From Octopus bimaculoides (Eukaryota), in assembly GCF_001194135.2 (NCBI RefSeq), contig NC_068984.1, forward strand, positions 84,585,934-84,627,916: DNA of 41,983 bases, written 5' to 3'. Below are positions 21,612-33,684 of this stretch, piece by piece. Each line of letters begins with the position of its first letter. Position 1 is the first letter of the stretch. The position numbers were made by a program, and so were the translations under genes. Under the pieces are notes generated by a model that saw nothing but the letters and a program-made list of their open reading frames with translations, was not told the origin of the DNA and searched no databases.

Positions 21612-21617
21612 AATAAA
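21612..21617 (+). terminator. Candidate polyadenylation signal for the ERMP1-like gene
   Basis: AATAAA followed ~25 nt later by U/GU-rich GTTTGTGTTTATTTT. Other AATAAA hexamers (e.g. 19462-19467) are alternatives; no transcript evidence. Confidence 0.3.
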
Positions 21618-21690
21618 TTTCAATTTCTATCTCCCTCGAGTTTGTGTTTATTTTCCTTTGACTGTATTTAACAATATGCTGCAAATTATG

Positions 21691-21725
<35 letters not shown>

Positions 21726-21872
21726 TGTGCATGCTTTTATATTGCAGAAACGTTAGAATGCTATTTGATATGGTAGCTGGGAGAAAATGGGAAAGAAGAC
21801 TGCGACAGTTGGCGAGGATCTCTTAACATTGATGTATTATTTAAAACATACTTGGTCAATAAACATAGTCCC

Positions 21873-22068
21873 TTCTACTATAGGCACAAAATCTGGAATT
21901 TTGGGGGAGCAGGGCTAAGTCGATTACATTGACCCTAGTGCTTGACTGGTACTTATTTTATGGACCTCAAAAGGATGAAAGGTAAAGTTTAGCAATTGAA
22001 CTCAGACCTTAAAGATGGATGAAATACCACTAAGCATTTTGTTTGGCATGCTAATGGCTCTGTCAGCT
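21873..22068 (-). mobile_element. SINE family C
   Basis: Reverse complement of the family C head, core and tail. Confidence 0.85.
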
Positions 22069-23264
22069 GAAGAGGAAATACATTTTTCTGGATAGGAAAA
22101 TCAGAGAATGAGAAAAAGAAGATAGTGGAATTGTGTTGTTATTTTTCAGAATAATATGGAATTGTTGGAGGAATTACCACATAATGTATGTGTGATGGCT
22201 GTATCAGGAATTTGGGATTTGTTGGGTAGAAAGTGACATGCTATGCTCCTAAATTTAACATCCCTGCAGAGTTAATTGATGACTCCTTGAGAAATTTCTG
22301 ACTGTAATGCGAGGATTAGAACTGATTAGGGTATCTGAACTGAGGTAAAAAATGAACAGTCTTCAAGTGCTTTGGTTTTGCACAGAGCAGGGCTTGGTCA
22401 TTATAAATACATTCTTTCAGTTAACGCCCATGCACAAAGCAAACTGGATGCGCTCTTTCTAAACACAGACACATTATTGATTTTGTAATTGTGCATTGTT
22501 GTGATATGCAAAATGTATGCAAGCTGCATACTCTGAGAGATACAGCATGCTTATCAGGCCATCGTATGGCAAGAAAAAAGTTTGAATTTGTTGTCAGAAA
22601 TAAGAAGCGTTTTTGGAGGCTATAGTCTCCAAAAGATTGATGTATCCAAGCTTGAAGCGAAAGAAATTACTAAAAGATTGATGGAAAAATTGGACAAAAG
22701 ATTTGAAGGATAAAATCTACAAGATTGCGTCAACCACGTTGGGTTATACATGATTTGATCAGGATTGGTTCAACTATAATGGCATTGAAGTTGTAGCAAT
22801 GCTAAGGGATAAAAACAAATTGTTTGCAAAGTTCCTGTAACCAGATGTTCTTGTGATACTGAAAAATGCATTGAAAATACAAAACACTGTCAAAGGTAAC
22901 TTGCAGTGTAAATTTAGATTGATGAAGTACAGCTAGTGGATAGGACCCCCCACCAAAAAAAAACAAAAACTGTAGAGGTAAAAGCAGAAAAGAAGGATAT
23001 TGACGGCATATATGATCTGTGGTAGGTAGTTTGATTCCAAAGTACATCTGAGATTCGAATGGCATTATGAATCTCTGGACTGAATACATTGTGGACTTTT
23101 TAAGGAATCCTATCGTGAATAAGGATTATTATCATTTCTTTTCCTCCTGTCATCCATGATTGAAGATTGTGTAATACTCTATCCAACTCTGGAAGACGTA
23201 TAGAAGGCGATTGGCCAAATGAGAGCTAAAAAGACCCTTTGTGTTGAATTGGCTAGTAGTTTTC

Positions 23265-23484
23265 ATTAGTGTTGATTTCAGATATTTTGTTACAAGGCTA
23301 ACAATTTCGAGGACGGACGTAAATCGATTACATCGACCTCTGTGCTCAACTGGAACTTATTTTTATCGACCATGGGAGGATGAAAGGCAAAGTCGACACC
23401 GACAGTATTCGATCTCAACGTAAATTCTGAAGAAATGCCGCTAAGCAATGTTCTTGGTGCAGTAACGATTCTGCCAGCTCGCCG
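23265..23484 (-). mobile_element. SINE family C (left member of an inverted pair)
   Basis: A-box head CGGCGAGCTGGCAGAATCGTT on the minus strand; core and tail present. Confidence 0.9.
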
Positions 23485-23503
23485 TTTAAATAGATGATAA
23501 AAC

Positions 23504-23700
23504 GTTGATCTGGCAGAATCGTTAGGACCTTGGGCAAAATGCTTTGTGGCATTTCGTCTGTCATCATGTTCTAAGTTCAAATTGCTTTTCATTCTTTCGG
23601 GGTCGATAAAATAAGTACCAATTGATCACTGAGGTCGATGTAATCGACTTAACCCCACCCTCGAACTTGCTGGTCTTGTGCCAAAATTTGAAGCCAATTT
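23504..23700 (+). mobile_element. SINE family C (right member of an inverted pair)
   Basis: TGGCAGAATCGTTAG...GTTCAAAT...TTTCGGGGTCGATAAAATAAGTACC...TTGTGCCAAAATTTGAAGCC. Confidence 0.9.
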
Positions 23701-24605
23701 TAATAGATGATGTTCGATAAGGATTGCAGACCATCAGGACAGGAAAGATTTTGCTATGTTATCACTATATAAAAATAAGAGTAAAGAAAAGGAATATGGA
23801 AACTATCGGGGTTTCTCTTTAGTTTCAGTAAATGGGAAGGTGTTTTCGAGGGTGACTTCTGAATAAACTTCCATTATACGATGTAAACACAAGGCTTCAT
23901 AACGAATGTATCTGTTTCTCTCTCTCTTTCTCTCTCCCCTCTCTCTCTTTTCCCATCTGTTGCTTTGCTACTGACTGGAATTGTTTTAGTTGTCTTCAAA
24001 AGTGAAATTGACATCCAATATTTGCTGTGTGCATGTATCTCCTGATTTAAGTATCTATTGTCTCTTTCACTTCCTTCGTTTCCCTCTTCTCTCCCGCTTT
24101 TGATTTAACAATGTGTACATGTATCTATGTATCTTCTTCTCTTGCGATGAACGCCATCACCACTCACTGTCTCTCTCTCCCCCTCTCTCTCTCTTTCTCT
24201 CTCTTTCTCTCTTACTTCCTCTGAAACATTTAAAAATGCAAAACGAACGCCGTCACCACTCACTGTCTCTGTCAGTCTCTCTCTTTCTCTCTCACTCTCT
24301 TCCCTCTTTCCCTCTTACTTCTTCTCTGTCCTCTTCTCTCTCGCTTTGCCACTTTGCCACACACAACACAGGTACGTACAAAAACAAAACGTTAGCGTAT
24401 TAATATTATTGATAACGATGTAAAAAAGAAAGACCATCACCGCGAGATGTAGTCAAGAGTCCCGCGAAAAATTACGCTGTTATTAAGATAATTTAGCTAT
24501 ACTATGCTTATGGCAACGTTGGTTTGAAAACTCTTTCGATTGCAAAAATGGTAGTAAACTTTTAACCTTTTTTGTTTAACCTTATGTAATTCGTATTATT
24601 GAATA

Positions 24606-24835
24606 AAGGTAAGGAACTGTCAGAATCGTTAGAACATCGGAAAAACTGGTCTGGTGTATTTCTTCTATCTCTTTAGAGTCTAGATTCAAATCATACTGGA
24701 GTAAACTTACCTTTCATCCTTCCGAGGTTGATAAAATAAAGTAACAGTCAAGGAGTAGGGTCGATGGTATCGACTGAACACCTCCCCTCAAAATTGCTGG
24801 CCTTGTGCCTAAATTAGAAGCAATTATTATTATTA
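24606..24835 (+). mobile_element. SINE family C
   Basis: Head, core and (ATT)n tail recognisable. Confidence 0.85.
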
Positions 24836-25150
24836 ATGTTATACTTCTTACTGTTTTTGCTATTGTTACTAATAGATACATAATTATGTCATGTGACATA
24901 ATGGATTATAAGAACAAGGCATTATGACGTCAGTATTGAATTATGATATAGGTACGTGATAGTTAACACTAGAAGAAGTTTACACCCTTGCTTTTGTACA
25001 GCCATGGAACTGTCCAGGATTGTCAAGAAATCTGAGTGAATAGCTAACATTTCTTAATCCTGTTCTGTGTGCCTTATTAGTATATGTGTCTAAAATGTAT
25101 TATAAGATATTATTTATATGCGTATTTTATCTAGTGGTTGTTGTTAATAT

Positions 25151-25335
25151 AAGGGAGATCATCCTTTCTTTATATTTGGCGGGATAAGAAATTTGAGTTT
25201 GAGCTAAAAGAAGTATAGAATTCACCTGTCTTTTTCTTTTACTTATTACGAACTTCTTAAAACTTCTAATCGGTGATAATCATATGTAGTACAATTTTGT
25301 TTTTCTTAGAAATCGTTAGCATGATATCATCTGCG
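25151..25335 (+). repeat. Diverged direct repeat, copy 1 (copy 2 at about 26412-26612)
   Basis: Colinear blocks ATATTTGGCGGG, AAAGAAG.ATAGA.TTCAC, TATTACGAA.TTCTTAAAA.TTC, GGTG.TAATCAT, AAATCGT.AGCATGATAT. Confidence 0.8.
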
Positions 25336-27552
25336 AGTTATTAATTAAGCATTTTATTAAGTAAGGCATTTCGATATAGATAAAAATAATTACAGCCTGG
25401 AGGAAATTCAGGGAATGTTTTTCTCTACATAGAGCGCTAGTAGTTTAGCAATATAGGAAAGAGGGAAAGTTTTTTGGGGTTAACGTACAGGATAATAACT
25501 GTTTCCGGGGAGTTCTACCTTGTGAAGGTGTCTTAAAGCATCCTATAATTCCAGTTTTAACAACAAATTCACAAGCCGTTTTCAGATATAATCTTTGAAG
25601 CGTAGATATTGATTCAACTGCTATTTCATTAAAGTATAATTCTTCATTATTTATAGCCAAATTCGCATCGTGGTACATCTGTAAGAAAGACTTATTTACA
25701 TATTTATCGATGCTTCACACTTGTATTTTAATTAAAAAATTGTTTTTAAATGTAGAAAATACAAAATTAAATTCTAAATATATATTCTCGATAACTATTC
25801 TTCATTTATTGAAGAATAGGGGGAAATAAATATCAGAGATGCCTTGCAGAAACTGAAGGAGCTGCTCATATGCATTACAACTTTTTTTCTGATGGTGAGT
25901 AAAGCTATCGCACTGTTGGAAACTCTTCTGTACCTTCAGCAGGTATCTCAGAGTCACAAGCGATTTTGCCTCTCTGCCTGTACTCTTCCCATGTGTGAGG
26001 CAGCGAGGACTGAACTAGCCTGCGCCTATCGAAGGGTTCCATCTGCGGTCTCTTGCCAACCACAGACACCTGAAGCAAAGACACTTGAACCAAAGACACC
26101 TCGACCACAGATATCTCAACCACAGACACCTTAAGCTGGTTCCAACTGTCATGCCATTCTATTTGGTGGCTTTCTTTAGTTGTTTGGATTGGAAACCAAT
26201 CTTTTCCAAGAAATAACGCTCTGGTCTTGCTGGAAAACCTTGTCAGCCGACTTCGATAGGGAATGAGTCTGCGTACAATCATTTGACAAGAGTCTCGTCA
26301 AACAAGTCCTGATACTTGGCTTTCTTCAGTTGGTGAGAAATTTCAAGTCTTTCATCTCAGGGCACTGTAAATTGTAAATACTTAATTATCTGTAATTTAA
26401 ATTGTACTTCTGAGGGAGGTCATACATTCTTCATAATATTTGGCGGGCTGAGCAATTTAAATTAGGAATAAAGATATTATAAGGAAAAAGAAGCATAGAG
26501 TTCACATATTTGACGTTTTTTGTTCTCCTATTACGAAGTTCTTAAAATTTCGAATTGGTGGTAATCATGTACTATTTCAGTCTTTTAAAAAATCGTCAGC
26601 ATGATATAACTGACAGTATAATTCTCTTTTCTCTTATCTCTCTTCCTAGAAGATGATATGAATATTGAAAAATCATCAGAGTTAATGATAATTCTCATCA
26701 AAGACACCAGAAAATAACTTAGATGTTAAAATTGGTGAAGAATTGAAAGGCTGTGACTTTATATAGGTTTTGAGAGAGAGAAAAAAAAGACCATTCACTA
26801 AGTAGGCAATTGAAAATAACGAGGTGGGAAATATTCCTCGGGAAAGCTTTGGCAACAAGAATACATAGCCAAGTGTAGGTTAACACAATGCTCTGAACAA
26901 AACAAGTTCTGGTAAATCGTTAATCAAAAGTAAGGGACACAACTCCTGAATCAAAATTGATTAGAAATTGAATAGATGCAGGCAGTGGGCAATGATAACA
27001 ACGTCTACCCATATAAGGCGCTGTGTGTTCTATAGATATTCAAAAGATACACACAAAAATGACATAATGGGTACGAATAGAATAGACTTCTGGCATTTTA
27101 TTGTGTTCTCCACCTCAATGATGCATATAACTGGCGCATTTCGGTTGAATGGTAACGTGGTTTTATACATACATACATACATACATACATACATACACAC
27201 ACACACTTATACATATATACATATATCTACATCTACATCTATCCTTCCATCCGTCCATCCGTCCATCCGTCCATCCATACACACATCTATGCAAGCATAC
27301 GTACACCACACAGACATACATACATTATTACCACACACACTCACACATACATACATTACCACACACACACGCACACACGCACAAATGCGCACTTACATGT
27401 GCGTGGAATTTGGTGTGCACGAGAGTTTGTGTGCAGGAAGTACATATGTAACTCGTCTACGTTGCATAGCGTCAACAAAATCTCTTATGAAATATATACT
27501 GTAGTTCAACAAGCGGAACGAATCCCGTAAACAAGTTTCATGAATAAATATA

Positions 27553-27599
<47 letters not shown>

Positions 27600-27712
27600 T
27601 ACACATACACACACACATACACACAAACACAGACACGCACGCACGCGCGCACACACACATACACAGACGCACACAGACACACACATACAAACACAGACAC
27701 AGACGCGCGCGC

Positions 27713-27760
<48 letters not shown>

Positions 27761-28210
27761 AATAGCAAACAAAGCAGTTGGTATCCTGCATGGAGCATTT
27801 AATTGTCTGAAAACAATTAGATTCCTATCCATTTCTAAAAGTGTGCATGACGTGTAACCATATAGACAGATGCAACATTAATAGCAACGGCAAGATCAAA
27901 GCACAACTTAAAGAAAACACTATTTACAAAGCTTCATGCCCACCTGACAGCTACAAATGTCATAACATGAAAACCTTAAGTTGACATAAACTACGAAATC
28001 ATGATGCAGAGGAAAAATTCAGAAACCATGCAAAAGGAATATTTATTTTGACTTTAATGTTAAATTCAAGACTGATTTTCTAAGTAAATGTATGTAATTG
28101 ATTATGTAATCGATTTAGTATGCATTTGGTGGTTATTTTCATTGATTATTTCTTTGAACTGAAGATCAATGGCAGTCACAATGGGATTAGAACCGAACTA
28201 TCGAACTAAA

Positions 28211-29516
28211 TACGAGGATGGGCTGAGAAGTTTACTCAGTTTACTCAGTAAATAATGTTTTAAGTTGTACTTTGATCCTGCTGTTGCTATTAATGTTGAG
28301 ATGCATTAATTTCAATTCTTCTTATTAATTATTGCATAGTTTCTTTCCAGGTAAACTGACATCTGACGGTTCAGAAAAGAGTTCAGATGTAACTAGTATC
28401 AATATCTCTTGAAAATGGACAAAATTTGGCATCGTGGTGTGATCAAGTACCTACAGAAAAAGGGTTCATTCCTCAAGGACATTCGTGCTGACATGGTTGT
28501 GATATTAGGGGATGACGTTTTAGCTTTAGCAACAGTGCAAAAGTGGTCAGCTGAATTTAAGACGGTAAGGGGAAGCCTTGAAGATGTGCCAAAGTCTGGA
28601 TGTTCTGCAACTGCCACCACTGAGTAAAACATTGATCGTGTTCACCACATGGTGATGGATTGATGATATAAATCAAATAGCCAATGCTATTAGCATATCC
28701 TGTGAGAAAGTTCAGAATATTCTGTACAAGGAACTTGCCATGACGAAGGTTTCTGCTCAGTGGTTGCCACGCTTTCTGACACCTGATCAAAAGTGCACCA
28801 GGCTGATTACATCATAGGAAAATCTGACATTGTTTGAAGCAGATCTAGCTGGTTTCTTTGAATGTTTTCGAAGCCAGGATGAGTATATAGTTCATCACTT
28901 CGAACCAGAGACAAAGAAACAATCCATGCAGTGGAAATACTCCCTCCTCACTTACTTCAAAGAAGGCCAAGGTCGTTTTATCTGCAGGGACTGTGATGGT
29001 CTCAGTTTCTGGGATGCAAAGGGCATTGTGTTTATTGATTATCTTCAAAAGAGCCACACCATCAATAAGGAGTACTTTGTCAACTTGCTGAGGCAGTTGT
29101 GTCAAGATCAAACACCCAGGAAAACTGATGAAGGAGATTTGTTTCATCAGGACAATGCTCCAGCATACAAGTCATTGCTTTCAATAGCTGCTGTGCGTGA
29201 CAGTACCTTTGAACTAGTTGAGCATCTTTCTTATTCTCCTGACTTGACCCCATTTGGCTATCATCAGTTCCCTAATATGAAAAAAACCATTGGCTGGGAA
29301 CCAGTATCACAGTGATGACGATGTCACATCTGCTGTTGATGACTTTTTTTGGCCAACAGGACGAAAGCTTCTTTATCAATGGGATCCAAACACTGCAGCA
29401 GCGATGGAAGACCTATGTCGATCACAAGGGGGATTATATTGAAAAATAAACCTCATTAAGTCGCATTTCATGTGAGTGTCTTGGTCAGCCTATGAACTTT
29501 TCAGCCGACTCTCGTA
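28211..29516 (+). mobile_element. Full-length mariner (Himar1/irritans-like) transposon; transposase pseudogene 28415-29449
   Basis: TA at both ends; imperfect TIRs (TACGAGGATGGGCTGAGAAGTT vs reverse complement of the right end TACGAGAGTCGGCTGAAAAGTT, 18/22); 1.3 kb; WLPRFLT (WVPREL), SQDE (first D), FWDAKGIVFIDYLQK.HTIN, LFHQDNAP.YKS, YSPDLTPFGY (third D lost). Several stops and frameshifts. Confidence 0.93.
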
Positions 29517-29552
29517 CTATAAATCGTACTTTTTATTATTACATAAAATAAT

Positions 29553-29764
29553 AGGGCGGCGAGATGGGAGAATCGTTGGAACACCAAGAAAAGCGCTTTG
29601 CAATATTCTTCCGGCTCATTATGCCCTCAAGTTTAAATCCCACTGAAGCCAACTTTGTCTTTCATCCCTCTGGCGTCGATAAGAGAACGTACTCGGGTCT
29701 TAGGTATCGACTAACAATCATCTCTCAAAATTGCTGTCCTTGTATCTAACTTAGAAATCATTAT
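29553..29764 (+). mobile_element. SINE family C
   Basis: GGCGGCGAGATGGGAGAATCGTTG head; TTTCATCCC..GCGTCGATAAG core; AAAATTGCTGTCCTTG tail. Confidence 0.8.
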
Positions 29765-30321
29765 ATGAAATATAGCCATTCGAATAATCGAAAGAAACAT
29801 ATGCATGCTAGGGGTCATCCTATGCTAGGACATAGAAATATAATGAACACCAGGCAGCAGTAGATTATCAAAGGTCAAGAATATTAGCTTAAATGAGATA
29901 TGAGTGTATGAAGTAGAATGGACTGCATACAAGAAAAGAAAAAAAAAAGATAAAAAACAAGTGATGAAATCAAAGTAAGAATCCGTTCTCGATAACAGAA
30001 TATGATTTTTTGATTGTGAAGAGGAAGATATTGGATAGTTTGGCGAGAAACTGAACTGGAGTTGATTAAAAAAATTTAGTTTGTAGTCACTATAAACTGC
30101 CAAATGACATTTGATAACCTCCCTACCCAGAACATACTCACATTAACCTTATAAATGCGGCAAATCCCTTTTCCTATCCTATAATCGTGAACAGCTAAGA
30201 GTAGAAAGTAGAGTAGGCTGTTAACTTTTGGTATGAAAAATATCCACTCTACCCAAAGTATTGTGTTCTATAGCATCAGATGATATTGGTACTACGAAAA
30301 AATATTTTTACATACTTTATG

Positions 30322-30363
<42 letters not shown>

Positions 30364-30374
30364 ACACATATATG

Positions 30375-30467
<93 letters not shown>

Positions 30468-30528
30468 GTGTATATATATATATGTGTGTATGTATGTATG
30501 TATATATGTATGTACGTGTGTGTGTGCA

Positions 30529-30715
30529 TGACGAAATAATGTAGTGTAAAAACATAAGGTCATTTAGGTTGAGTAATTCGGAAGTTGGCTTAAAAGCGTT
30601 CCAAAACAAGTGTAAGAATAAAGATGATGCCAAGGAAAAAGAAATGATTAAGATACAGAAATGAATTTTAGAATACTATTTCATACAGGTATGTTAATGT
30701 ATTAAGCGCAAAAGT
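30529..30715 (+). repeat. Diverged direct repeat, copy 1 (copy 2 at about 36717-36930)
   Basis: Shared GAC(A)GAAATAATGTA, GTAATTCG.AAGTTG, GATGCCAA.GAA, AGAAATGAATTT; both copies lie just after a (TATG)n tract. Confidence 0.7.
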
Positions 30716-31699
30716 TAATATATTAAGCGGGAAATTCGTGTAAAATATGAACAAAAAGGGAAGTGGTTGTGTTCAGAAAGTTCTTCAAAGTTTGATTTAA
30801 GAAAATGCTCGAATAATTAGACCTGCTGAAAATTCAATCATTAAAAAAATGAATATGTCGCTCGAGAGAGGTTCAAAGGTCATTGTTAAAAATATCTCGA
30901 AGGGTAACGTCAAAGTGAATATGTCAATTTGTGTGTGTGTATAAAAAAATCAAAATTCAATAGGGTATTAAAATACCACTTACTATTAAAAAACCACAAA
31001 TTACTATTAAAAAACACACGGCGAATGCAATAATCATAACAGAAATAGGCTTTTTTTTTGTATGAACTACAGAAGTAAGAAATATTTTACTTAGAAAGGT
31101 GTGAACTTGCTAGCCACTTTATTATTATAATCATTATTATTAATAATGGTAACGATACCTATTTAACTTTAAATTACACACACACACACACGCACATACA
31201 CACGCACGCACACACACACACACAATTCATTAGATTACAGTTCATTTTGTTGTTTTTCTTCCACCAATGGACCATGCGTGTGTTACTTCGGCATCATCAT
31301 TCCATAAAATGTTTTTAATGGGATAAAAATATTGAAAAAACATCAATATATGTGAGAGTGAAAAAGTAAAATGGCCAAAATCGGTTCGGATAGTTATTAT
31401 TGTAAGGCTTATAGCGTTTCAAACAGCCATAGCAAAAAATCACTTTTAAATCTTTTTTACAAAAATTATACGGATATTTAAAAAAGCATTTCATTCAATA
31501 AATAATGTTTTTACATTACGTATACGTTAATAGAATAAATTGTCGGTTTTCCAAATAGCGAATTAAAACTTGAAATGAAAACATTACAAGAAAAAGTGAG
31601 ACTTTGCAAATAAAAATGGAATACTCCGCAGTGAATGCAATGAATATTTAAATTTGTAAAGAATTGGACGCAGAGAATGCAATGAATATCTAAATATGC

Positions 31700-31916
31700 A
31701 AGACAGCGAGCTGGCAGAAACGTTAGCACGCCGGGCGAAATGCTTAGTGATATTTCGTCTGTCTTTACGTTCAGAGTTCAAATTCTGTCGAGGTTGATTT
31801 GGCCTTTCATTCTTTCTGGGTCAATAAACTAAGTACCAGTTGCGTACTGGGGATCGATCTAATCGACTGGCCCCCTCACACCCACAAATTTTGGGCCTTG
31901 TGCCTAGAGTAGAAAA
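31700..31916 (+). mobile_element. SINE family C with ~16 bp TSD
   Basis: Flanks GAATATCTAAATA(T)GC at 31684-31699 and GAATATCTAAATA(C)GC at 31917-31932. Confidence 0.9.
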
Positions 31917-32650
31917 GAATATCTAAATACGCGAAAATTGGAGTTAAAACAATTCAATAAACTTGAGAAATCGAAGTTATAGGAAATTTCTTAAAACATG
32001 AATTTATAAAAATATTTCCAGTCTACCCTTTAATAATTGCTTTCTTTTAGTACTTTTAATAATTGTTACATACCTAATTAATAAACAGCTTTCTCCATTA
32101 TAGTATAGATTTGTGCCAAAAGTAGATGCAGAACGTGATTGGTGAAAAACAGTTAATAGGGTGTTAAGAAGCCCAAATCAATGATTGCTTGAAAGCACAA
32201 GTTGTCAGTTAAACCATTTTTAGCAACAAAAAGATTGGTCAAGTAAACTGTTATCTCTCAGCCATAATTTACTTGGTATTTTTGGATTTTTTTTATGTAG
32301 TTGAACAGTGATTGGTCTATTGGAAACTGTAACCTGCGATGTTCTTCTTCATGCTATAAAAAATACATTTTCAAACCAACGGGATGGTCACTGTTGGAAC
32401 ACTTTAATCAGTCAGAGCAAATCTGTGATTCAATTCTGACATCACCATCACTATTAATCTCACCATTGTCATCATCACCACAAACTCTAACAACCAGCTT
32501 ACATGTCAGTCAATGGTAAATATCTGTCTAATGCGCATAACGATTTTGTTCAGCTTCTAATGCTCAAGAATTACCAACACCTTTTAAAAAAATATTTTGG
32601 TTTGTAGCTACAGCTGAAATAATCATCAAACTGACCAATCAGAAGACGAC

Positions 32651-33322
32651 TTCATCAATACATTTCTTATACATCTCCATATTTCTTATCTTCGCGATTA
32701 ACCGTTTTTGTGATATGCCTAGCGAGAAACATACAAACGAAAAAAAAAAAAACCCACCCACTAAAAAACAAAGGAAATCTAGCACAAAATTTAGAGGGTG
32801 GGATGAAAGAGGGTAACAAATAGGAAGCGGTGGTGTGTTTTCTGATAAGATAACAGAAATCAGTAATCTACATAAAAAATTACGAGATTGAATTTGAATC
32901 CACCTCCTGCACCATGTTTGATTGTTGCAGTAGGATTGTTTGTTTTACTTCGTCTATTTTTTTCTCGATTAAAGTGCATACATACATACATACATACATA
33001 CATACATGCATACATGCATGCGTGCATATATACATACATACGTACATATATACATACATGGATGCATACATGCATACAGACATATACACAAACATGGCTG
33101 TCCGATAAGTGCCAGTGGACGAAACTCTCGGTCCTTGAGTCACTCTGTAACTTCCGCCACTAAAATAAAAAATAGAATATACTCATGTTTTGAGTTTCAT
33201 TTTCTTGTTTGTATCAACACACATACACGCATATACACACGCGTATGTATGTATGTATGTATGTATGTATGTATGTATGTATGCATGTATGTATGTATGT
33301 ATGTATATTATGCATAAATATG

Positions 33323-33361
<39 letters not shown>

Positions 33362-33558
33362 CATACATACATACATACATACATACATACATACATACAT
33401 ACAGATAGATAGACAGCCAGACATATACATATGTATGTATTTGTCTGTCTGTTTCTATGTATGCATAATATGTACATATATTATGTATAAATATGTACTT
33501 ATTATACATACATATATCTGTATCTGTCTGTCTGTCTATGTATGTATATATGTGTGTA

Positions 33559-33591
<33 letters not shown>

Positions 33592-33651
33592 CTGCCTGTA
33601 TGTATGTATGTATGTATGTATGTATGTATGTATGTATGTATGTGTGTATGC

Positions 33652-33684
<33 letters not shown>

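Larger units (their letters stand above)
22074..23870 (+). pseudogene. RTE-clade LINE ORF2 relic (APE endonuclease, linker, start of RT), interrupted by two SINE C copies
   Basis: GNTFFWIGKSE; CYAP; SDCNARI (cf. GDFNARV); CTEQGLVIINTFFQ...KANWMR; SKHRHIIDFVIV (cf. WMHPRSKHWHLIDYVIV); GHRM (cf. DHRL); YPTLEDV*KAIGQMR; after the SINEs QDRKDFAMLSLYKNK...GNYRGFSLVSVNGKVFSRV (cf. GNYRGISLLSIAGK). Confidence 0.85.

Noticed and set aside
24149-24270. 26 bp duplication (GAACGCC.TCACCACTCACTGTCTCT) 96 bp apart
   Set aside because: Embedded in (CT)n tracts; ordinary slippage-associated duplication.
27760-27857. [14 protein letters not shown] as a LINE C-terminal remnant
   Set aside because: Too short, with no supporting motifs on either side.
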